Shown here: positions 17,732 to 26,200 of the stretch, in pieces
Layout: each line of letters opens with the position of its first letter
How positions within the stretch are numbered: the first letter of the stretch is position 1
NCBI GenBank assembly: GCA_004552485.1
Contig: SFOH01000008.1
Location: 590 to 64,589, forward strand
Direction of reading: 5' to 3'
DNA: 64,000 nt
Origin: Bacteroidales bacterium
GTDB lineage: Bacteria; Bacteroidota; Bacteroidia; Bacteroidales; Muribaculaceae
Notes under the pieces: generated by a model
Told to the model about the DNA's origin: nothing
The model's database searches: none
Seen by the model: only the letters and a program-made list of their open reading frames with translations
Position numbers and translations under genes: made by a program

Positions 17732-17767
17732 AATCTTATAATTCTTATAAATCTTATAAATCTTATG
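17732..17767. repeat. Tandem 9-mer (AATCTTATA) x4
   Basis: aatcttata attcttata aatcttata aatcttatg. Fills the gap between the lpxH stop and the riboswitch, and the last unit overlaps the lpxH stop codon. Confidence 0.85.
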
Positions 17768-18536
17768 ATTCGTCGGTGAGGAGCCGGAAGCCGTCGGCGG
17801 CGGTGAAGCGCCCGTAGGTGAAGAGGCGGAAGAAGTCGCCCAGGCAGACGTAAGTGGCATGGTCGGAGCCGGGCACGCGTTCGATGACGGGGCAGTGGTT
17901 ATGGCCGGTGACGAAGAAGTCGATGTCGGGATGCTCCCGGGCATACTCTTCGGCAAACGCGAGCTGCGACGTAATCGGATAGACCTTGCCGGTGGCCTCC
18001 TCGCCGCCCTCTTTGAGGCGGTTGTGGCGGCTCCAGGCAAAGCCGAAACTCATGAGCCACGAGGGGTGCAGGGCGCGTCCAACGGCCTGCCAGAACGGAC
18101 TGCGGAAGACGGCGCGCATCAGTCGATATGAGCGCGGCTGCGGCCCGAGGTTGTCGCCGTGGCTAATGAAAAAGCGCCGGCCGTCGATATCGGTCACCAA
18201 CTCCTCGTCGATGACGGTCACACCCAGCTCGTCGCGCAGATAGGTGTACGTCCACATATCGTGGTTGCCGCGGAACCAATAGACGCGGATGCCCGCGTCC
18301 GTCATATGCGCCAGCTGTCCGAAGAGTCTCACGAAGCCTTTGGGCACGACGTGGCGGTACTCGAACCAAAAGTCGAGCATATCGCCGACAAGGTAGACGG
18401 CTTCGGCATCCGCCTCCATGCGCCGTAGCAGGCCGACAAGGCGCTCCTCATGGGCGCGCGCGTCGGCGATGTAGCGGGCGCCGAGATGGGCGTCGCTCAC
18501 AAAATACGTGGCCTTGCGTCCGGCGTCAGCTTTCAT
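17763..18536 (-). CDS. lpxH: UDP-2,3-diacylglucosamine diphosphatase
   Basis: Metallophosphoesterase with YFVSDAHLGARYI, GDMLDFWFEY, GNHDMW and HGDNLG. Start taken at MKADAGRK (ATGA overlap with the upstream gene). Confidence 0.85.
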   Translation of the reverse strand: MKADAGRKATYFVSDAHLGARYIADARAHEERLVGLLRRMEADAEAVYLVGDMLDFWFEYRHVVPKGFVRLFGQLAHMTDAGIRVYWFRGNHDMWTYTYLRDELGVTVIDEELVTDIDGRRFFISHGDNLGPQPRSYRLMRAVFRSPFWQAVGRALHPSWLMSFGFAWSRHNRLKEGGEEATGKVYPITSQLAFAEEYAREHPDIDFFVTGHNHCPVIERVPGSDHATYVCLGDFFRLFTYGRFTAADGFRLLTDES

Positions 18537-18853
18537 AAAAAGCCTAACTCGAGTTTGGCCTCCTCGCTCATCATGTCCTTGGTCCATTCGGGCTCAAAGA
18601 CGATGTTGATGTTCACGTTCTCGACGCCCTCGATGCTTTCCAGCTTGAGGCGCGCGTCCTCGACGATGAAGTCGGCGGCGGGGCAGTTGGGGGCCGTGAG
18701 CGTCATGTCGACGTTGACGTCGCCGCCGTCGGTCACGTCTATATTATATATGAGTCCGAGGGAGTAGATGTCCACGGGAATCTCGGGGTCAAAAACGGTG
18801 CGCAGCATCTCCACCACACGGGTCTCGATGCGCAGTTTCTCGTCCGCTGTCAT
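18533..18853 (-). CDS. Fe-S cluster assembly protein, DUF59 / SufT-like (MIP18 family)
   Basis: DPEIPVDIYSLGLIY ... TLTAPNCPAADFI. ATG at 18853 is preferred over the TTG at 18877. Confidence 0.85.
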   Translation of the reverse strand: MTADEKLRIETRVVEMLRTVFDPEIPVDIYSLGLIYNIDVTDGGDVNVDMTLTAPNCPAADFIVEDARLKLESIEGVENVNINIVFEPEWTKDMMSEEAKLELGFL

Positions 18854-18874
18854 AATTTCCTTTCTAATTTTTTG

Positions 18875-18882
18875 CAAAGATA
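18875..18882 (-). promoter_or_regulatory. -7 promoter box (TAtcTTTG)
   Basis: 22 nt upstream of ATG 18853. Confidence 0.6.
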
Positions 18883-18894
18883 GTCAAATTTACT

Positions 18895-18902
18895 TACCTT
18901 TG
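18895..18902 (+). promoter_or_regulatory. -7 promoter box (TAccTTTG)
   Basis: 34 nt upstream of ATG 18936. Divergent with the previous box. Confidence 0.6.
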
Positions 18903-18935
18903 CAAGCGACAAACCATAATAAACCGTAAAGAACA

Positions 18936-19577
18936 ATGAAAAGACTGACCCGAATTATGGCCGTGCTCGCACTTGCGCTGGCCGCCGTGGTGCCCGCTCA
19001 GGCACAATTCCGCATCGGCCCCCGCGTGGGCGTTGCCGTTAACAAATTCTCCTTCAACAAGGAACTTCTCAACTCCGACAACCGCGCCGGCTTCACCGGC
19101 GGTCTCATGGTCGAGTTCACCGTGCCCATCGTGGGCATCGGCTTGGACGCATCAGTGATGTATGCCCGCCGCTCGCTCTCCCACACTGTCACCGCCCTCG
19201 ACAATGAAGACATCGCCGACGGTAACAACACCATCTCGAAGCACCTCGACTACATCGACATCCCCGTCAACCTCAAATACAAGCTGGGTCTCCCCGTTCT
19301 CAGCAAAATCGTGAAGCCGTACTTCACTACCGGTCCCGACTTCGCCTTCCTCGTTTCCGGCAAGAACATCTACAAGAACTTCAACCTCAAAGGCCGCAGC
19401 TGCGACATCAGCTGGAACTTCGGCTTCGGACTCGAGTTGCTCAACCACCTGCAGGTCGGCGCCAACTACGGCTTCGGCATCAACAAAGCCATCAAGAACA
19501 CAGGCATAGCCTCCAATGTGCAGCCCATCGAGGGCAAATCGCGCTGCTGGACCATCACAGCCGCATACCTCTTCTGA
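18936..19577 (+). CDS. Outer membrane beta-barrel (porin family) protein
   Basis: Signal peptide ending in AQAQ, alternating beta-strand pattern, and a C-terminal aromatic residue (TITAAYLF). Confidence 0.8.
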   Translation: MKRLTRIMAVLALALAAVVPAQAQFRIGPRVGVAVNKFSFNKELLNSDNRAGFTGGLMVEFTVPIVGIGLDASVMYARRSLSHTVTALDNEDIADGNNTISKHLDYIDIPVNLKYKLGLPVLSKIVKPYFTTGPDFAFLVSGKNIYKNFNLKGRSCDISWNFGFGLELLNHLQVGANYGFGINKAIKNTGIASNVQPIEGKSRCWTITAAYLF

Positions 19578-19649
19578 TTCTCCCAACTCCCTATAACAGC
19601 AACGGCGACCGCATCACGGCCGCCGTTGTTATTTATTCGCTGGTGGGGG

Positions 19650-20279
19650 TCACTCCTCGCCGGCGCGGCGGAAGGAGTAGTCGTGGTCGTCAATCTCGAC
19701 GCTGAGGATGTTGTCCTTAACTTTCACGTCAGAGAGGCGATGGTAGCGCAGATACTCCTGGCGCATATTCGAGAGAATGTCGGTCTTGAAGCGCCAGAAC
19801 TGGCCCGTGCGCAGATTCTCGATTTCGGGATGCTGCCGGCCGTCGGCCACATTCGACGTAAATTTCACAGCCTCGGGGTCCATGCTCACTTCGATGGAGT
19901 TGTCGTCGAGGAAGATGGCGATGTCATCGTCGTCCACGAACTTGTAGGTGCCGGTGGCGGTGGTGATGGCCGAGACGCTCACCTCGTAGGGCACGTCGAG
20001 CGACACGCCGTTGTTCTCGTTTATCTCGTCCTGGGCCGACACGGTGGAGGAGAACTGCACGGTGCCGTCGATAGAGTCGTTCGACTCGGGCGTGAATGTC
20101 AGCGTGGTGATGACGCGGCTGTTCACCAGCGGGCCCGTCACGCCGTCCGAACCGGCGGCCGCCATCTTCTGAGGCGTGCCCGTCCATGTGCCTTCGATGT
20201 CATCCTTGCTGCTGCAAGAAGAGAGGGAGGCGAGGGTTGCGGCAATGAGTATGCCGCTGCATAAGCTTGAAAGTTTCAT
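19650..20279 (-). CDS. Hypothetical lipoprotein
   Basis: Lipobox LASLSSCSS after a signal peptide. 209 aa, no recognised domain. Confidence 0.7.
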   Translation of the reverse strand: MKLSSLCSGILIAATLASLSSCSSKDDIEGTWTGTPQKMAAAGSDGVTGPLVNSRVITTLTFTPESNDSIDGTVQFSSTVSAQDEINENNGVSLDVPYEVSVSAITTATGTYKFVDDDDIAIFLDDNSIEVSMDPEAVKFTSNVADGRQHPEIENLRTGQFWRFKTDILSNMRQEYLRYHRLSDVKVKDNILSVEIDDHDYSFRRAGEE

Positions 20280-20298
20280 TGTTATATAAAGTGTTTTG

Positions 20299-21051
20299 TT
20301 ATGTATCTAAACGAACGGACACGCCGCGATGTTCACCACTCATCAACGCGGACGCAATGGCCTCGCGGCTGCGGCTCATGAGCTCGGCCACGTCATAGCG
20401 GCCATCCTCGGGAGGCTCGATGGGGCGGTGGATGGTGAGGGTGATATGTCCCGGACGGGGCAGACGCGCCTGCGGGGGCATCACGTGGTACGAACCCGAG
20501 ATGGTGACGGGCACCACGGGCAGGCTGAATTCCTCGGCAAGGTGGAAGGCGCCGCGCTTGAAAGCGCCCAAGCGTCCGGTCTTCGTGCGCGTTCCCTCGG
20601 GGAACACCACCACGGAATAGCCCTCGCCAAGGCGACGCTCTGCCGTCTCCATCGTGCGCTTGATGTCGGCGGGAGTGCGGCGGTTGACGTAGATGTGTCC
20701 GGCGCGGTAGCAGGCGTAGCCCACGAGAGGAATCTTGCGCAGGCTCTGCTTCATCATCCACACAAAGTGGTGGTTGAGCCAGCCGTAGATGGCGAAGATG
20801 TCGTAGGCGCCCTGGTGGTTGGCCACGAAGATGCAGGCGCGGCCCGGGCGCACGTTCTCGCGGCCCTTCACCGTCACGCGCACAAGCGACAGCCATGCCA
20901 TCACCCGTGCCCACACGTGCGCCGGATAATACCCCAACCGCGGCCCGACAACGATACTGCCGAGCATCACAATCAACGCCGTCACAACGGTGACGACAAC
21001 CATCAAAGGTATCATAATCACGAACTGATAGATGCGGTAGAGGAACATCAT
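20299..21051 (-). CDS. plsC: 1-acyl-sn-glycerol-3-phosphate acyltransferase
   Basis: HX4D motif NHQGAYD plus FPEGTRT. Confidence 0.88.
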   Translation of the reverse strand: MMFLYRIYQFVIMIPLMVVVTVVTALIVMLGSIVVGPRLGYYPAHVWARVMAWLSLVRVTVKGRENVRPGRACIFVANHQGAYDIFAIYGWLNHHFVWMMKQSLRKIPLVGYACYRAGHIYVNRRTPADIKRTMETAERRLGEGYSVVVFPEGTRTKTGRLGAFKRGAFHLAEEFSLPVVPVTISGSYHVMPPQARLPRPGHITLTIHRPIEPPEDGRYDVAELMSRSREAIASALMSGEHRGVSVRLDT

Positions 21052-21079
21052 GGCGCAGGCTTTTTGAGAAATTTCACCA

Positions 21080-21087
21080 CAAAATTA
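21080..21087 (-). promoter_or_regulatory. -7 promoter box (TAatTTTG)
   Basis: 29 nt upstream of the plsC ATG at 21051. Confidence 0.6.
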
Positions 21088-21120
21088 GCCAAAACTTATG
21101 GAAATTCCAAAACCATTCGT

Positions 21121-21128
21121 TATATTTG
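21121..21128 (+). promoter_or_regulatory. -7 promoter box (TAtaTTTG)
   Basis: 43 nt upstream of the ligA ATG at 21171. Confidence 0.6.
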
Positions 21129-21170
21129 TGGTTCAATAAGCATAACGCCCCTCCAATTCAAGCACACCCC

Positions 21171-23174
21171 ATGGACATAAAACAGCGAATCGAGAGCCTG
21201 CGCGCCCTCCTCAATGAGCACAACCACAAATACTACGTAGAGAACAGCCCCGAAATCTCCGACCAAGACTTCGACGCGCTCATGCACGAACTCGAGGCCC
21301 TCGAACGCGAGCACCCGGAGTACGACGACCCCCTCTCTCCGACACACCGCGTCGGCTCGGACCTCTCATCACTCTCCGGCTTCGAGCAGGTCGAACACAT
21401 CTACCCGATGCTCTCGCTGGCAAACACATATTCCATCGACGACGTCGACGCCTGGGTCACCCGCGTGGAGACCGCCCTGGCCGGACAGAAGGCCACCATG
21501 GTCGGCGAACTCAAATTCGACGGCACCGGCATCTCCCTCATCTACGAGCACGGCCGCCTCGTCCGCGCCGTCACCCGCGGCGACGGCACGGTCGGCGATG
21601 TCGTCACCGAAAACGTCAAGACCATACGCTCCATCCCCCTGCAGCTCAAAGGCGAGGGCTACCCCGACTTCTTCGAGATTCGCGGCGAGATACTCATGCC
21701 GTGGAAATCGTTCGAGCGCCTCAATGCCGAACGCGCCTTCAACGAGGAGCCTCTCTTCGCCAACCCCCGCAATGCTGCTGCCGGCACCCTCAAACTCCTC
21801 AACCCCCGCGAGGTCGCACGCCGCGGCCTCGACGCACGCCTCTATTACCTCCTCGGCGAGAATCTGCCCTACGACAATCACTACGACAACATGAAGGCCG
21901 CACGCTCATGGGGCTTCAAGGTCTCAGACGCCATGACGCTCCTCGACTCCGTGGAGGCCGTCGACCGCTACATCAGCCACTGGGACCAGGCACGCCGCGA
22001 GCTGCCCGTCGCCACCGACGGCCTCGTCTTCAAGATAAACTCCCTGCGCCAGCAGCTCAACCTCGGTTTCACCGCCAAGAGTCCGCGCTGGGCCGTCGCC
22101 TATAAGTTCAAGGCCGAACGTGCCGCCACGCCCCTGCGCTTCGTGTCGTTCGACGTCGGCCGCATGGGCATCATCACCCCTGTCGCCAACCTCGAGCCCG
22201 TCCTCCTCTCGGGCACGGTCGTCAAGCGCGCATCGCTCCACAACGAGGACATCATGCGCAGCCTCGACATCTGCGAGGGCGATACGCTCTACGTCGAAAA
22301 AGGCGGCGAAATCATTCCGAAGATTGTGGGCGTCGACCTCGAGAAGCGCCCCGCCGATGCCAAGCCCGTTCAGTTCGTGACACACTGTCCCGCCTGCGGT
22401 ACGCCGCTCGTGCGCGTCGAGGGCGAGGCCGCCTGGGTGTGCCCCAACCGCTGGGGCTGTCCCCCGCAGCTCACCGGCCGCGTCGAGCATTTCGTCGGTC
22501 GCCGCATGATGGACATCGACGGCATCGGCGAGGAGACCAGCGAGGTGCTCTTTGCCACCGGCCTCGTACGCGACATCGCCGACATCTACGAACTCACCCG
22601 CGACAAGCTGATGGGGCTCGAGCGCTTCGGCGAGAAGAGCGCCGACCGCATTATGGACGGCATCGAAGCCTCGAAGAGTGTGCCCTTCGAGCGCGTGCTC
22701 TACGCCCTGTCCATCCCCTTCGTCGGCGAGACGACGGCACGCCGCATAGCCCGCACCGTGCGCAGCATCGACACGCTCATGGCCATGAGCCGCGAGGAGC
22801 TTGAAGCCATCGAGGATGTGGGCCCGAAGGTTGCCGAGAGCATTATCAGCTACTTTGCCGCCCCGCAGAACAAGGAGGTTGTCGAGCGACTGCGCCGCGC
22901 CGGCGTGCAGCTCGAGTCCGCCGAGGCCGATGCCGCCGTTTCTGACAAACTGGCCGGAAAGAGCATCGTCATCAGCGGTGTCTTCGCCAAGCATAGCCGC
23001 GACGAGTACAAGAAGATGATCGAGGCCAACGGCGGCAAGAACGTCGGCAGCATCTCCAAGAAGACCGACTATGTCCTTGCGGGCGAGAACATGGGCCCCG
23101 CCAAGCGCGAGAAAGCCGAGAAGCTGGGCATCCCGCTCATCACCGAGGACGACTTCCTGCGCATGATTGAGTGA
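21171..23174 (+). CDS. ligA: NAD-dependent DNA ligase
   Basis: Start MDIKQRIESLRALLNEHNHKYY. Adenylation motif ELKFDG, a Zn finger (CPACGTPL...CPN) and a C-terminal BRCT. Confidence 0.95.
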   Translation: MDIKQRIESLRALLNEHNHKYYVENSPEISDQDFDALMHELEALEREHPEYDDPLSPTHRVGSDLSSLSGFEQVEHIYPMLSLANTYSIDDVDAWVTRVETALAGQKATMVGELKFDGTGISLIYEHGRLVRAVTRGDGTVGDVVTENVKTIRSIPLQLKGEGYPDFFEIRGEILMPWKSFERLNAERAFNEEPLFANPRNAAAGTLKLLNPREVARRGLDARLYYLLGENLPYDNHYDNMKAARSWGFKVSDAMTLLDSVEAVDRYISHWDQARRELPVATDGLVFKINSLRQQLNLGFTAKSPRWAVAYKFKAERAATPLRFVSFDVGRMGIITPVANLEPVLLSGTVVKRASLHNEDIMRSLDICEGDTLYVEKGGEIIPKIVGVDLEKRPADAKPVQFVTHCPACGTPLVRVEGEAAWVCPNRWGCPPQLTGRVEHFVGRRMMDIDGIGEETSEVLFATGLVRDIADIYELTRDKLMGLERFGEKSADRIMDGIEASKSVPFERVLYALSIPFVGETTARRIARTVRSIDTLMAMSREELEAIEDVGPKVAESIISYFAAPQNKEVVERLRRAGVQLESAEADAAVSDKLAGKSIVISGVFAKHSRDEYKKMIEANGGKNVGSISKKTDYVLAGENMGPAKREKAEKLGIPLITEDDFLRMIE

Positions 23175-23240
23175 GTCAAGCCGCGCAATTGACTTTTGCC
23201 GCTTTCCGCAGTCTAACATGAAAACCAACCGTATAAACTT

Positions 23241-26200
23241 ATGATAAAGCGATTAATGGCTATCGTGGCTACCGTGGCGGCGCTCTCGGCGTCGGCGCAG
23301 GTGAAAGCCCCCGACTTTGCCTATCCCAAAACCGTGAAATCAGAGGCCGAGAAGGGTCTGAAGAAGGCCGGTGACGACGGCGTGGCCCAGCTCGACTACC
23401 TCATGCAGCTCACCATCGCCGACGCCCTCATCGACGAGGCCACCATGCCGAAGAGCCTGGAGCGCGTGCTCGAGTACGGCCACCGTCAGAAGAATCCGCA
23501 GACGGCGGCGCTCTTCAACCTCTATGCCGCCACGCTGGCCAACCAAATCTACGAGCGCAACATGTGGACATACGACCGCCGCGACCTGCCCCTCGCGCCG
23601 CGTCCCAAGGACATGACGGAGTGGTCGGGCAAGATGTTCCGCTTCTATGTCGACTCGCTGTGCACGGCCGGTCTCAAAGCCGCGGGCGATATGCCGGTGG
23701 CCGACTTACTGCCGGTGATTAGCGCCGACAAGCTCCAGCAGCTCTACTTCCCCACGCTCCGTGACTTTGCCACGGCCGTAGCGCTGGGCCTGCAGAATCC
23801 CTACTCCTCCGACATCAGCCGACAGATGAAGCTCTATGAGTCAGCCATCGCCGCGCATCCCGAGGGCTCGGCGCCCTGGTATGCCTGGCACGCTCTCGCG
23901 CCGTTCCCGGGCAAGTGTGCCAAGGAATGTCTGCGTCTGTTCAACGAGGCGAAGAACCGCCGCGAAGCACTGGTGCTCTGGCAGGACATCATCGACGAGA
24001 CGGACGTCGGCGACTCCATAACCGCCCGTCCCGATTTTCGCGAGGCTCTCAAAACGGCCACGGAGATTGCCGCCACCACAGAGTTCAAGGGCTTGTTCAC
24101 GAACTTCAACAACTTCATCTATGGCGCGTCGGTGACGGCATCGGCCGAAGAGATGGTGCCCGCCGACACTCCGTTCGAGTTGGCGCTCTCGACAGTTCGC
24201 AATGCCTCGAAGGTGAAGGTCACCTTCGTGCGCTTCGACAACGAGAAAGCCCGCCGCCGCTATATGCGCGACAAATTGGGCAAGGGGCTGGACACGTACG
24301 AGTTCACTTACGACTTCGAGAATACGCCGGTGAATCAGTCGCGCAAGGTGAGCATCGAGCTCCCCGCAGGTTACTATGCCGTGCGTGCGTCGGCCGACAA
24401 CCACGTGAACAAGCAGCAGAACCTGGGCCGCGTGGACGTGCTGCCCTATACCGCCGTGCTCTTCAAAGCACCGGGGACGGCCGTCGTGGGCGTCTATGGC
24501 CTCGCGGACGGCAAAGCTATGTCCGGGGCGAAGGTGTCGCTGGTCAATCACAAGGACAAGACAGTCGCCTCCGGCACCACCGACCGCGACGGCCGCGTGA
24601 GCTTCCCCGTATCCGTGGGAAACTGCCATGTGCGTGTCAGCGCCCTCGGCATCGTCAAGGACTTTGACGACGAGAGCATCTACAATACCGGCCGCGTCAG
24701 CCGCCTTAACAGCAACCTGCGCGTGTCCTTCGCCACCCAGCGCGGCCTCTATCACCCGGGCGATTCCGTGCGCTTTGTGGCCGTCGCCATGAACGACTCC
24801 ATGGTCGTCGCCGACCGGAGGCTGACCATCAAACTCACGGACGTTGACGGGAAGGAAGTGGCGAAGACGACGGGCGTGACCGACACGTTCGGCCGTTTTG
24901 CCGCCGCCATTGCCATCCCTGCCGAAGTGGAGCGCACCGGCTCGTTCCGCCTCATCGTTGACGACGACAATATCTCCGGCTCCGCATCCGTCATGGTCAG
25001 CGACTACAAGCTCCAAGGCATCGAGATGGCCGATCTCAAGGCCATCCCCAACGACCGCGCTTCGGCCTCGGCCACGGTCTCGGGCCGCGTCCGCACCTTC
25101 AGCGGCCAGCCCGTCTCCAACGCTGTCGTCACAGTTCGGCTCAATGCCGACGCCGACTCGCTCAAGGCCGTGGAGACACTTACGGACACGGAGGGCAAAT
25201 TCAGCGCCGTGGTCAAATATCCGGCCTCGTTCTCGAAGGAAAGCCGCTACATGAGCGCAACGGCGACGGTGACGGGTCCCGACGGCAACACCGTCAGCGA
25301 GAGCACCTCCTTCGACGGCATGTACCCCTACACTCTCACCGTGGTCATACCCTATGATGGCTGCTCCACGCACGAACCCCTGAAACTCATCTATCTGCTT
25401 CATAATGCGGCGACAGACTCGCTGGCCGTCCCCGTCAAGTGGCAGCTGATGAAGGACAAGAAGCCGGTGAAAGAAGGCACGATAGAATCCTCGCCGGCAC
25501 AGCTGGATTTCCGCGACATGCGCACGGGCTACTACTGCCTGTCAGTCACACCGGCAGACACGCTCCTGGCCGCGCCTCAGCTCAACTACATCACGCTCTA
25601 CAACCCCGGGCAGGCCGTCATCCCCGACTCGACACAGAACTTCTATCTGCCTAAGAACGCCTTCGAATCCAAGAACTGTGCCATCGACGTGGAGGTGGGC
25701 GTGAACCGTCCTGTCACGCTCACAGCTGTCATTCCCGGCAAGGATGGTGCGGCTCCGTCATTCCAGTCGTTCGCGCTGAAGCCCGGTTATCGCACCATCG
25801 CCATCAAAGTCGGTGACGGCGAACGCGCCGAGCTTGTGGCTGTCAACAACGGAAGCATTCAGCGCGAGACAGTGAGCATCACCCACCCGCAGAAGCCAGA
25901 GCTGACCGTGACGCTGGAGAGCTTCCGCGACAAGGTTGTCAGCGGTGGCAAGGAGAGCTGGACGGTGAAGGTCACCGACAAGGAGGGCCACGCCGTCGAT
26001 GCCGCCGTGGTTGCGAACATCCATGACTATCGCCTCGACCTGCTCCGCACGCCCGCACGTCTGAGTCTGCACAGGCAGTTTTACACGCCCAATCCGCTGC
26101 GAATCGCGACGCCCTACTCCTATCGCTATTCCGCTAATTTCCTCAACGATTACAAATTGGAGGACGTCTACCGGCTGACACTCCCCACGTGGAGATACTC

